Assembly: GCA_963765495.1 (NCBI GenBank)
Contig: CAVXWP010000001.1
Coordinates: forward strand, 864,001-928,000
Reading direction: 5' to 3'
Source of the DNA: Blastocatellia bacterium
GTDB lineage: Bacteria; Acidobacteriota; Blastocatellia; UBA7656
DNA: 64,000 bases
Every line of letters starts with the position of its first letter. The first letter of the stretch is position 1. This document shows, one piece after another, positions 18,380 to 27,578 of the stretch. A program made the position numbers and the translations under genes. Below the pieces are notes generated by a model that saw only the letters and a program-made list of their open reading frames with translations, did not search any database and had not been told where the DNA came from.

Positions 18380-19948
18380 TCAGGCTTGCTCCTTCGCCCG
18401 TTCGCGTTCGACGAGGACGCGGCGCAGGATTTTGCCGGATGCCGTTTTTGGAATCTCATCAACTATTTCGAGCCGCCGGATCTTCTTGTGCGGCGCGACA
18501 TGCTCGGCTACGAACAGGATTATCTCGTCGGGCGTAGCCTCTGCCTTCAGGACTACGAATGCTTTCGGTATCTCTCCTGCCTCTTCGTCCGGGCTTGGTA
18601 TGACCGCCGCATCCGAAATGGCCGGATGAGTGAGCAGTACGGCTTCAAGTTCGGCCGGGGCCACCTGCATGCCTTTGTACTTTATCAGTTCTTTGACGCG
18701 GTCCACGATGTAAAAGAATCCATCTTCGTCGGCGTAGCCGATATCGCCCGTATGCAGCCACCCGTCTTTATCAACCGTGAAAGCGGTGGCTTCGGGGTTG
18801 TTGAGATAGCCTTTCATCACCTGCGGGCCGCGAATCCAGACTTCGCCCTTTCGGTTTGGGCCGAGGTCTTCGCCGGTCGAATAATCCACGATCCGGGATT
18901 CGGTGTTGGGGATCAACCGGCCCGAAGCCCCCGATTTGATCTCCGCCGTATCGTCGGGGCTCATGTGAGTTATGGGGCTTGTTTCCGTCAGGCCGTAACC
19001 TTGTTTGATCAGACAATCCAACCGCTCGGATGCGGCTGCGGCCACATCGGCTCCGAGGGGGGCGGCCCCCGAATTTATCATTTGCAGGCTCGACAGATCG
19101 AACCTATCTACAAGCGGATGCTTGGCCAGCGCAAGCACTATCGGCGGCACAAGAAAGGCTCGCGTCACATGATAGTCTTGAATTACGCGGAGGAATTGTT
19201 CGAGGTCAAAACGCGGCATGCTGACTATGGTCTGGCCTTTGTAAAGCCCTATGTTGAGGATGACCACCATGCCGTAAATATGAAAGAAGGGCAGCACGCC
19301 GATCAGCACCTCTTGATCAGTAGATGTATCGACACCGCAAGCCTGACAGATATTTGCGACTATGTTGTAATGCGTCAGCATCACGCCTTTTGGAAAGCCG
19401 GTTGTCCCGCTTGAGTAGGGAAGGGCTACAAGATCGTTGCGCGGATCAATCTCTACGTGGGGGACGGGGCCGGAGCTTTCGAGGAGCGCGGCAAAGGGCG
19501 TAGCGCCTTCGGCGTCTCCGAATACAAAGACTTCTTCGACACCTGAGAGCCGGGCGGCTTCGAGCGCCTTATCCAAAAACTGCGGAATGGTGATGAGGTA
19601 TCGCGCGCGTGAATCGTTCAATTGAAAGACGAGTTCTTCGACAGTGTAGAGCGGATTCACCGTTGTATTGATGCCGCCAAGCAGCGAGACGGCGTGAAAG
19701 ACGACTCCGTATTCGGGAATATTAGGGCTGTAGATGGCAAAGACATCGCCTTTTTTGAATCCGCGCCGGGCGAGCCCCACGGCTGCGCGATTGACCATCT
19801 CAGAGAGCCGTCCGAAGCTGATTGCGCGTCCGTCTGTTGCGTCAATCAAGGCGGGTTTATCCGCTAGGTCTGTGAATCGTTCAAAGACGAACCGGGTCAA
19901 CGGGATTTCCGGTATCGTTACATCCGGGTACGGGCTGCGAAAGATCAT
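18380..19948 (-). CDS. AMP-forming acyl-CoA ligase (4-coumarate--CoA ligase family)
   Basis: YSSGTTGFPKGV, QGYGLTET, GEVWIRGPQVMKGY, LHTGDIG, IPKTASGKILRR. Confidence 0.92.
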   Translation of the reverse strand: MIFRSPYPDVTIPEIPLTRFVFERFTDLADKPALIDATDGRAISFGRLSEMVNRAAVGLARRGFKKGDVFAIYSPNIPEYGVVFHAVSLLGGINTTVNPLYTVEELVFQLNDSRARYLITIPQFLDKALEAARLSGVEEVFVFGDAEGATPFAALLESSGPVPHVEIDPRNDLVALPYSSGTTGFPKGVMLTHYNIVANICQACGVDTSTDQEVLIGVLPFFHIYGMVVILNIGLYKGQTIVSMPRFDLEQFLRVIQDYHVTRAFLVPPIVLALAKHPLVDRFDLSSLQMINSGAAPLGADVAAAASERLDCLIKQGYGLTETSPITHMSPDDTAEIKSGASGRLIPNTESRIVDYSTGEDLGPNRKGEVWIRGPQVMKGYLNNPEATAFTVDKDGWLHTGDIGYADEDGFFYIVDRVKELIKYKGMQVAPAELEAVLLTHPAISDAAVIPSPDEEAGEIPKAFVVLKAEATPDEIILFVAEHVAPHKKIRRLEIVDEIPKTASGKILRRVLVERERAKEQA

Positions 19949-20000
19949 CGGGCGTTACCTCTTTCTCAAGTGTCTGGTTATTAGAGAGTGATGCGATCTC

Positions 20001-20100
20001 TGATGCGTGATTCGTGATGCGTGACCCGGATTTATGAGACAGGTGGTTTATAAATACCTCCGGCTGAAAAGTCACGAATCACGCATCGCGAATCACGCAT
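20001..20100. repeat. Inverted heptamer array (tgatgcg/tgattcg vs cgaatca/cgcatca)
   Basis: tgatgcgtgattcgtgatgcgtgac ... gtcacgaatcacgcatcgcgaatcacgcat; family recurs at 49893 and 59357. Confidence 0.8.
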
Positions 20101-20210
20101 GGAGACAAGGAAGATAGCCTTTCGGCTTTGCCGGATGCAAGCAGGCTTTAAGATATTGGGAGTTTTAGCAAAGGGGAAAGAGGTTCGGGCGTGTGGGGAG
20201 GGCAGGAAAG

Positions 20211-20245
20211 AGAGGCGGGCAGACCGTCAGATCATGCCCGCCTCT
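20211..20245 (-). terminator. Hairpin downstream of the cold-shock gene
   Basis: agaggcgggca ... tgcccgcctct, 11-bp stem. Confidence 0.6.
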
Positions 20246-20251
20246 ATATCT

Positions 20252-20461
20252 TTAGACTTGAGACGCGGTAACGTTGCTCGCGGCCAAACCTTTTGGACCC
20301 TGACTGATGGTGAACTCGACCTGCTGGCCTTCGTTCAGAGTCTTGTATCCGTCGGTCTGGATGGCTGAATAGTGTACGAACACATCATCGCCGCTCGAAC
20401 GGGTGATGAACCCATAGCCTTTTGTGGCGTTAAACCACTTTACTGTTCCTATTTCTCTCAA
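20252..20461 (-). CDS. cspA: Cold-shock protein (CspA family)
   Basis: GTVKWFN, KGYGFI (RNP1), VFVHYSAI (RNP2), GPKG; TTG start after aaggag. Confidence 0.95.
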   Translation of the reverse strand: MREIGTVKWFNATKGYGFITRSSGDDVFVHYSAIQTDGYKTLNEGQQVEFTISQGPKGLAASNVTASQV

Positions 20462-20608
20462 TGCTTTCTTCTCCTTTTCATCTAGAGTGAATCGCGTAGT
20501 GATGATCGGAGCTAAAGCAAAGAGCGTTCGCGGTCAAACTTACAAACGCGCAAAACCTTAACTTCAACTTCAGTCCTCCTCACACTACTGCTAAATCAAA
20601 ACTCGCAC

Positions 20609-20637
20609 ATCCTACACGGCGGCTTGCAAACTGTCAA
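20609..20637 (-). promoter_or_regulatory. Sigma-70 promoter of the csp gene, implying a ~140-nt 5' UTR
   Basis: TTGACA-N17-TAGGAT on the minus strand. Confidence 0.7.
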
Positions 20638-20691
20638 CTGAAATGAGCAAGCCGCCGTGGTGAGTTTTTTGGCCTGTTTCATCAATCGGTT

Positions 20692-23043
20692 TTACTTCGA
20701 CAGGGCCGTAACCTCATTGGATTGAATACCATTCGGATTGGTGATCCTGATGTGCAACTGCGTTCCCGAGGGCGGAGCCGCCCCCGCGCTGATTTTAACT
20801 TTGATGGCGGTTGCACTGTTGACCGATACGGATTTGAGCGTGAGCGGCTGACTGTTCCCGTCAAGCACCGAAGCGGTCGCGCCGTTTACGAAATTAGTTC
20901 CCGTCATCTTTAACAGCAACAATCCCGACCCTTTCTTCTTCACTTTGACCGCGTTGATCTCAGGCCCCGTCAGGTGCCCGGCTATGATCTCAGCCGACAG
21001 ATCCGACGGCGGATTGGTATTGCGCACGCGAACCGCAAGCGGCCCCACAGTGTTGCGGACCGTTGGGTTGTCGTCAAGCTCGACTATGCGCCGCGTGGCG
21101 GCAAGCCCGGCGTCTGCCGGGATTCTGGAAATGACCGGCGTGCCGTTTATGAGAACTTGAGTATCCTGACGATAACCTGATCCGTTTATCGTCAGGCGGA
21201 TGCCGCTTTGACCCGCCGCCGCTTCCGTGACCGTCTGGCCGTTTACCGATAGCCCGACCGCATCGAGCGTGGGCGCGGGCTCAGGGTCGGGTGGCATCAT
21301 GCCTAGACGCTCGGAGAGCTTCCTGCCGCTGAAGATATAAACATTGCCCGTATCGAGTCTGTCGTTAAAGTGCCCGTCACCGTGCATGGCGTTTGCGACG
21401 TAGTCTATAAATCCGTCGCCGTCAACATCGCCGCCCGCAAGCCTGTAAGACATCTCATCGCCGTCCCGGCTTATTGAATCGTCCTCGCCGTGCGCGGCCG
21501 CAAGCCGGAACACTCGCAGGCCCGGCGGCAGGGCGTACAGCTTTATGACGGAGGGGAGAAAATCGTGCTGGCCGTAAATAAATTTGGTGTCGCCCGCGTC
21601 CTCGCGCTCATCGAGACCGTTTAAGTCGTCGCTTTTCAGAGTGTGTTCGGGGCTGCCGATAAACAGATCAGACATCCCATCTCCGTTTATATCGAAAGAG
21701 CGGACCGAATCGCCGCCGCAATCCTGATCATGTTCGCCATAGATGGCCGTTATGTGGAACGGGTAGGCGTCGGGTGTGGCCAGGTCGATGGTCGCGCCCT
21801 GCAACGCCTGATCGCCGTAGATGACATAGACGGCTCCCGTGCGGCCTTTATTATCAGGGGCCAGCGCCTGGAGCGCCCCGATTATCAGGTCTCTCTTGCC
21901 GTCGCCGTTGAGGTCTGCGCTGTGAATCTGTGAGCCGAGCAGATCAAGTTCGTGCGCGCCTATCACGCGGGTCGAGCCTGCGGGCGGAGTTCTGAGGTCT
22001 ATATTGGCAGGGATGTTTGCCGAACCGTAAAGCACATAGGCTTCGCCGCAACGAGAGCGCTGCCCACCGAAACTTGCTCCCCTGTTGTCGTGGCCGCTGT
22101 CCTCATCATCAGGCGAGACATAAGAGGCCGAATCGCGGAAGATCGAACCGCCGAACACCATGTCGCCGAATCCGTCGTTATTTATATCGCCTACGTGGAC
22201 GGCCGCGCCCCAGTGCTCTTCGGCTCCCGATCCTTTTACCTGCGTCATGCGGACGCCAGCGGGCGGATTGGCGAGATCTATAACCTGGGGCAGGGAAGGC
22301 GAGCCGAAGATTACGCAGCCGCCGCCTACGTGATGGCCCGCGTCGGAGTTGAGTTGATCCGCGCCCATGACTATATCGGCGTATCCGTCGCCGTCCAGGT
22401 CGCCTACGTCAACCCAGATGCCAGTCCGGCCTCCGAGCTGGCTGCCGTAAAAGACTATTACGCCCGGAGAGGGAGTTCCATCGGGCTGGACAAGTTCTAT
22501 ATTAGGATTGAAATCCTGATTTCCGAGCAGCAGATATACCGCGCCGGAATTTGTGCGCCCGTTGTTGAGGCCGTCATCCCCGGCCGCGCCCAAGGCTATA
22601 TCGGCCAGCCCGTCGCCGTTTACATCTCCTGTGGCGATGGATGTTCCAAGCAAATCGCCGCCGTCTACTCCGTGGACGAACTTTATCTGGGGTGGATTTT
22701 GATTGGCGTCAACGACGCCTGTATCGCTCCCGTCGCTCAAATAGATGTTGACCTGTCCGTTGTTTCTGCGAGAGAAGGCACCGGCGTACATCTGGCAAAA
22801 CATGACATCCGAGCGCCCGTCGCCGTTTACGTCGCCCGCGCCCACGGGCATGCCTATAAATCCGCCATTTCGCTCTTTTCCGAAGAGCACGAGCAGACCG
22901 TCCTGATTGAAATTGGCAAGATCGACCGCCAGTTCTATCTTATTATTGACCTGAGCCACGGCTGAAAACAGCCCTGCCGTAACCAGCATCGAAATGATTC
23001 CGAGCGCCAGAACGGAGCGCAAAACAGTACCCCTTTTGCTCAT
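20692..23043 (-). CDS. Secreted FG-GAP (integrin-alpha-like) beta-propeller protein with two C-terminal IPT/TIG-like domains
   Basis: Signal peptide; seven GD(V/L/I)(N/D)GDG-type Ca-binding blades with GAVY motifs; C-terminal LTINGSGY and MTGTNF...ITNPNG. Confidence 0.88.
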   Translation of the reverse strand: MSKRGTVLRSVLALGIISMLVTAGLFSAVAQVNNKIELAVDLANFNQDGLLVLFGKERNGGFIGMPVGAGDVNGDGRSDVMFCQMYAGAFSRRNNGQVNIYLSDGSDTGVVDANQNPPQIKFVHGVDGGDLLGTSIATGDVNGDGLADIALGAAGDDGLNNGRTNSGAVYLLLGNQDFNPNIELVQPDGTPSPGVIVFYGSQLGGRTGIWVDVGDLDGDGYADIVMGADQLNSDAGHHVGGGCVIFGSPSLPQVIDLANPPAGVRMTQVKGSGAEEHWGAAVHVGDINNDGFGDMVFGGSIFRDSASYVSPDDEDSGHDNRGASFGGQRSRCGEAYVLYGSANIPANIDLRTPPAGSTRVIGAHELDLLGSQIHSADLNGDGKRDLIIGALQALAPDNKGRTGAVYVIYGDQALQGATIDLATPDAYPFHITAIYGEHDQDCGGDSVRSFDINGDGMSDLFIGSPEHTLKSDDLNGLDEREDAGDTKFIYGQHDFLPSVIKLYALPPGLRVFRLAAAHGEDDSISRDGDEMSYRLAGGDVDGDGFIDYVANAMHGDGHFNDRLDTGNVYIFSGRKLSERLGMMPPDPEPAPTLDAVGLSVNGQTVTEAAAGQSGIRLTINGSGYRQDTQVLINGTPVISRIPADAGLAATRRIVELDDNPTVRNTVGPLAVRVRNTNPPSDLSAEIIAGHLTGPEINAVKVKKKGSGLLLLKMTGTNFVNGATASVLDGNSQPLTLKSVSVNSATAIKVKISAGAAPPSGTQLHIRITNPNGIQSNEVTALSK

Positions 23044-23214
23044 AATCTCCCTTCCCTGGATTGAATTGAAGTTGTGAATTATACAATGCGCGTGGCAAAG
23101 ATGGCGACCCCCGTTCCCGCGAAAAGATATTACAACTATGTTGTTTCAAGGACATGTCGGTTTTTCAACAAGTAGATCGGGGAAATGGGAATAGGTTGGG
23201 ACGGCCGCGGATGC

Positions 23215-23310
23215 TCGACCCCGGAGGGGTCGAAGTAAGGTAGCCAGAGGCAAGCCAAAGGCGCAGCCTCTGGAATGAATTGCAATTCAATGTGCGCCCT
23301 TCCAGGGCGC
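23215..23310. repeat. Multi-hairpin REP-like element
   Basis: tcgacccc-gga-ggggtcga; gtagccagagg...cctctgg; tgaattgcaattca; gcgccct-tcc-agggcgc. Confidence 0.55.
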
Positions 23311-23320
23311 GCTCCATTGC

Positions 23321-23421
23321 GTAACATCGGTTAGTAAAACACGTCTATGAATAATTCCGTGTTGTTATGGCCCGACGAGTTTGGTTAGAGTGCGGAAGAA
23401 AAACCGGGCAAGCCTCGTCTA
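23321..23421 (+). promoter_or_regulatory. Two tandem candidate ECF promoters (GTAAC-N16-CGTCTA at 23321; GGAAG-N17-CGTCTA at 23394)
   Basis: Typical ECF AAC/CGT-type elements directly upstream of the ECF gene at 23438. Confidence 0.55.
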
Positions 23422-23437
23422 ATATGCGAATATAGGG

Positions 23438-24037
23438 ATGACAATGCTTATGGAGCAACTCGCGACAATGGAGAAACGCGAAAGCGAAGCACAAATCATC
23501 GAAGCTTGTCAGCGGGGCGACCGGGCGGCTTTTCAGCTATTGTTTGAAGCCCATAAGGACAGGGTTTATTCGATAGCTCTGCATTACGGCAATGATGAGG
23601 CGCTGGCGAAAGATGTTACCCAACAGGTCTTTTTAAAGCTCTTCACTACCATAACGCAATTTCGCCATCAGTCCGAATTCACCACCTGGCTCTATCGAAT
23701 CGTAGCAAATACTTGCGTGGACGAGCAGCGCAAGCGAAAAAGGTTCGTCCCGCTCGGCGAAGATGTAGAGGTCAGAGATATGTCAGGCAAAGATTCACAG
23801 GAAGAGGTTTTCATGAGGCGACAACTGGCCGATTCGGTCAGGGCCGCTATCGCCGATCTCTCACCGAAACTGCGGATGCCCATCCTGCTCAAGTATGTCG
23901 AGGAACTCTCTTACGATGAGATCGCCGAAGCCCTCGGCTGCTCGACCGGGACCGTAGGGTCGCGACTCAACAGGGGGCACAAGATATTGGCGCGTAAGCT
24001 CGGCCATTTGCGTGGCGCGCTTACGGCAGAGGAATGA
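23438..24037 (+). CDS. ECF sigma-70 factor (SigW/RpoE-like)
   Basis: GDRAAFQLL, AKDVTQQVFLK, FTTWLYRIVAN, LSYDEIAEALGCSTGTVGSRLNRG. Confidence 0.93.
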   Translation: MTMLMEQLATMEKRESEAQIIEACQRGDRAAFQLLFEAHKDRVYSIALHYGNDEALAKDVTQQVFLKLFTTITQFRHQSEFTTWLYRIVANTCVDEQRKRKRFVPLGEDVEVRDMSGKDSQEEVFMRRQLADSVRAAIADLSPKLRMPILLKYVEELSYDEIAEALGCSTGTVGSRLNRGHKILARKLGHLRGALTAEE

Positions 24038-25134
24038 TGATGTTCGACAGACACGTTTCAAAAAAGCTTTCCGCATATTGCCACGGCGAGATTTCAAGAG
24101 AAGAGACCCGCCGTGTGACAGAGCATTTGTCAAAGTGCGGTCGTTGCCGCGAGGAGTGCGAAGATATAAAACTCGGTATAAATCTGGCAAAACAACTCCC
24201 GCACGTAACGGCTCCCGAATCGCTCTGGAGCGAAATAGAATCCGCCCTGGACGGGCGCGCCGCCTCGCCCGCCTTACGGTCTGATCGGGCGCGTTCATTC
24301 TTTGGCGGGGGCTGGCCCCGCTTTGCGACTGCCACAGCCGCGCTCCTCTTTGTGGTGGCTTCGTTTGCCATCTGGTACTTTGTGCGCCCGACGGGGCCGT
24401 ACTGGTCGGTCGAAAACCTTGCGGGCTCGCCACGAGTCGGCTCTGATTACATAAAAGAGACGGGCCGCATAGGGGTAGGCCAGGTGCTTGTCACCGACGA
24501 TGAGTCGCGCGCAAGGATCAGCGTAGGCATGATAGGTCAGGTAGAGGTTGATCCGAATTCGCGCGTCAGATTGCTTGATGCGCATCTGTCGGAAAATCGT
24601 CTGGAACTTGAGCGGGGAAGATTAAAGGCAAAGATCTCTGCGCCGCCGCGTCTGTTTTTTGTCAACATCCCGTCGGCAGAAGCCGTGGATTTGGGATGCG
24701 CCTACACGCTTGAAGTTGACGATGCGGGTCGGGGGCTTCTACACGTCACAAGCGGGTGGGTGGCACTTGTGCGTGACGGGCGCGAATCGTTCGTGCCCAT
24801 AGGCGCAATGTGCGAGTCGCGCCCGCAATCAGGCCCGGGCACTCCTTATTTCGACGACGCAAGCGACACTTTCAGAGAGGCTCTTGAAAGATTCGATTTT
24901 GAAAACGGAGGCGACGCGGCGCTCTCTCAGATACTTGAAGAGGCGCGCGACCGTGACACTTTTACGCTCTGGCATCTCTTCTCGCGCGTAGACGAAGAGC
25001 GCCGCGCGCGCGTCTTTGACCGCATGGTAGGGCTTGTCGGGCTGCCCAAAGGCATCACGCGAGATGGTATAATGCATCTCGATAAAGGGATGCTTGAATT
25101 GTGGAAAGACGAACTCGATCTTGTCTGGTTCTGA
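24034..25134 (+). CDS. Anti-sigma factor, zf-HC2 + TM + FecR-like domain
   Basis: HLSKCGRC zinc motif; TM helix; FecR-like strands (LELERGRL...AVDLGCAYTLEVD); ATGA overlap with sigma. Confidence 0.88.
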   Translation: MMMFDRHVSKKLSAYCHGEISREETRRVTEHLSKCGRCREECEDIKLGINLAKQLPHVTAPESLWSEIESALDGRAASPALRSDRARSFFGGGWPRFATATAALLFVVASFAIWYFVRPTGPYWSVENLAGSPRVGSDYIKETGRIGVGQVLVTDDESRARISVGMIGQVEVDPNSRVRLLDAHLSENRLELERGRLKAKISAPPRLFFVNIPSAEAVDLGCAYTLEVDDAGRGLLHVTSGWVALVRDGRESFVPIGAMCESRPQSGPGTPYFDDASDTFREALERFDFENGGDAALSQILEEARDRDTFTLWHLFSRVDEERRARVFDRMVGLVGLPKGITRDGIMHLDKGMLELWKDELDLVWF

Positions 25135-25182
25135 TCCACAGTGAAAAGGACGCCAGTAAAAGTGTGACGGAGGTAACGTTAG

Positions 25183-25668
25183 ATGAAGAGATTTTTGAAA
25201 TGGGCGGGGCTTGCGCTTGTGGTTCTATTCGTAGCCGCGCAATTTTATCGGCCTGAGAAGACCAACCCGCCCGTTGACGCTTCGCAATCTATCGAAGCGC
25301 ATGCGCAAATGACGCCCGAAGTCGAGGCCATACTCAAGCGCTCCTGTTACGATTGCCATTCAAACGAGACGCGCTGGCCCTGGTACACCAATGTAGCGCC
25401 TTCCTCCTGGTTTGTGATCGATCACGTAAACGAGGCGCGCAGGCATTTGAATTTTTCCGACTGGATGAAGGTCAAGAGACGCACGAACAAACCCGACCCC
25501 GAAGGCCAGCTCGAAGAGATTACCGAACAGGTCGAAGAAGGCGAAATGCCGCTCGAATCCTATCTGCTGCTCCACCCAGATGCAAAGCTTTCCGATCAGG
25601 ATAAAAAGGTGCTCACCGACTGGGCGAAGGCCGAAAAGGAACGCCTCGCCTCGCTCTCAAAAGAGTAG
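25183..25668 (+). CDS. Heme-binding domain protein (Haem_bd, monoheme cytochrome c-like)
   Basis: SCYDCHS heme motif, WPWY, LNFSDW, EMPLESYLLLH. Confidence 0.88.
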   Translation: MKRFLKWAGLALVVLFVAAQFYRPEKTNPPVDASQSIEAHAQMTPEVEAILKRSCYDCHSNETRWPWYTNVAPSSWFVIDHVNEARRHLNFSDWMKVKRRTNKPDPEGQLEEITEQVEEGEMPLESYLLLHPDAKLSDQDKKVLTDWAKAEKERLASLSKE

Positions 25669-25750
25669 ACAGGATTAACAGGATTTAGAGGGACTCAACA
25701 AGATTCTCTTTTAATCTTGTTGAGTCCCTCTAAATCCTGTTAATCCTGTC
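25668..25750. repeat. Perfect 38-bp inverted repeat (9-mer acaggatt family), terminator-like
   Basis: gacaggattaacaggatttagagggactcaacaagatt-ctctttt-aatcttgttgagtccctctaaatcctgttaatcctgtc. Confidence 0.9.
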
Positions 25751-25799
25751 CACGTATCACTCGTGCTTGAGTTTCGAGGCCGGGATTATCTATGATTAG

Positions 25800-27578
25800 G
25801 TGGAGATGAGAAGTTCCCCATCGCAATCATTCAGTAGAAAACTGATCTGGTTTTTTCTCAGTTGCACGCTTGCCTCTCAGGCGCTCGCGCACGACGCGGC
25901 AAACGGCGATATGGGAGTCCGGTTCATAGACGTAGCGCAGAAGTCGGGAATAACGGCTCGAACGATTTTCGGGGACGAGCGCAAGAATCGTTACCTGCTT
26001 GAGACTACGGGTTGTGGCGCGGCCTTTCTCGACTATGATAATGATGGCCGTCAGGACATTTTCATAGTCAACGGCACGCGGCTCGACGGATTGTCGAAAG
26101 ATCAAATTCCTACCAATCACCTCTACCGCAACAAAGGCGACGGCACTTTCGAAGATGTGACCGAACGCGCAGGACTCATCCGCACAGGCTGGGGCCAGGG
26201 CGTATGCGTCGGAGATTACGACAACGACGGGCGCGAAGATATATTCATCAGTTATTTCGGAAAGAATGCCCTGTATCACAACAACGGCAACGGAACCTTT
26301 ACCGATGTGGCCGAGCGCTCAGGCGTGGCCAATAATCGCACCCGCTGGGGATCGGGCTGCGCTTTTCTCGATTATGACAAAGACGGGACGCTCGATCTGT
26401 TCGTAGCCAGTTATATCGATCTCGATCTCAAGACCGCGCCTCTGCCCGAAACCGGCCCCTGTCTATACAAAGGCGTGATGGTGGCCTGCGGCCCTCCGGG
26501 ACTTACTGGAGGCACAAACACTCTCTACCACGGCAAAAGTGACGGCACTTTTGCCGATGTTTCAGAGAAGGCCGGGATAACCAAAACCAACGGCACTTAC
26601 GGCCTGGGCATACTGGTGATGGATTTCGATAACGACACCTGGCCCGATGTTTATGTGGCAAACGATTCGGCACCCGCCGCGCTCTTCCACAACAACCAGA
26701 ACGGCACCTTCACAGATATAGGCATCGAAGCCGGCTGCGCCTTCAGCATAGACGGAAAGCCGCAGGCAGGCATGGGTGTTTCGGCGGGCGATTACGACCG
26801 TGACGGCCTGCTCGATATTTTTAAGACCAACTTTTCCGGCGACACCTCCACGCTCTATCACAACGCGGGAAAGAAGGTGTTTGACGATACCACCTTCGCC
26901 GCCGGAATAGGCATCAACACGCGATGGCTCGGCTGGGGCTGCGGTTTTGTAGATGTGGATAATAACGGCTGGCTCGATATTTTTCTGGTCAACGGTCACG
27001 TCTACCCGGAAGTGGAAAAACTCACAACCGAAGCCGGGTACGCGCAGCGAAAGGTGCTCTATAGAAACCTGCAAAACGGCCATTTCGAGGACGTTTCGGA
27101 AAAGATCGGCGGAGCGGTAATCTCGCCCGCGCCTTCGCGTGGCTGTGCCTTTGGCGATTACGATGATGACGGAGACATAGACATAATCATCAATCCCGTG
27201 AACGCCGTGCCCGAACTCCTCAGGTGCGAATCCACGAACCAAAATAACTGGATCAAGATAAAGACCATCGGCGTGAAGTCGAATCGAAGCGGGATAGGCG
27301 CTCGCATCAAATGCGTGACCGATGACGGAACCCAGATAGACGAAGTGCGAAGCGGCGGGAGCTACTATTCTCAAAATGATCTGCGCGTACACTTCGGGCT
27401 GGGAAAGGCGCAAAAGGTAAAGATGATCGAGGTAACATGGCCTAGCGGACAGATAGACACCCTCCGCGATGTGACGGCCAACCAGCTTGTCGTAGTGAAG
27501 GAAGGAGCCGGAGCGGCGAGCGCCGACCCTGTCAAGCCTGTCAAATCCGTCAAGCCTGTCAAAAAGGAGAAGAAGTAA
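25800..27578 (+). CDS. CRTAC1-family (FG-GAP/VCBS + ASPIC/UnbV) secreted protein, paralog 1
   Basis: Signal peptide; DYDNDG repeats; SNRSGIGARI...SGGSYYSQNDLRVHFGLG...WPSG. Confidence 0.92.
   Translation: MEMRSSPSQSFSRKLIWFFLSCTLASQALAHDAANGDMGVRFIDVAQKSGITARTIFGDERKNRYLLETTGCGAAFLDYDNDGRQDIFIVNGTRLDGLSKDQIPTNHLYRNKGDGTFEDVTERAGLIRTGWGQGVCVGDYDNDGREDIFISYFGKNALYHNNGNGTFTDVAERSGVANNRTRWGSGCAFLDYDKDGTLDLFVASYIDLDLKTAPLPETGPCLYKGVMVACGPPGLTGGTNTLYHGKSDGTFADVSEKAGITKTNGTYGLGILVMDFDNDTWPDVYVANDSAPAALFHNNQNGTFTDIGIEAGCAFSIDGKPQAGMGVSAGDYDRDGLLDIFKTNFSGDTSTLYHNAGKKVFDDTTFAAGIGINTRWLGWGCGFVDVDNNGWLDIFLVNGHVYPEVEKLTTEAGYAQRKVLYRNLQNGHFEDVSEKIGGAVISPAPSRGCAFGDYDDDGDIDIIINPVNAVPELLRCESTNQNNWIKIKTIGVKSNRSGIGARIKCVTDDGTQIDEVRSGGSYYSQNDLRVHFGLGKAQKVKMIEVTWPSGQIDTLRDVTANQLVVVKEGAGAASADPVKPVKSVKPVKKEKK

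Noticed and set aside
18386-19414. Long antisense ORFs (also 21952-22965, 32443-33405, 36010-37113, 51621-52502, 61210-62430)
   Set aside because: Shadow frames opposite well-supported genes, no recognisable motifs
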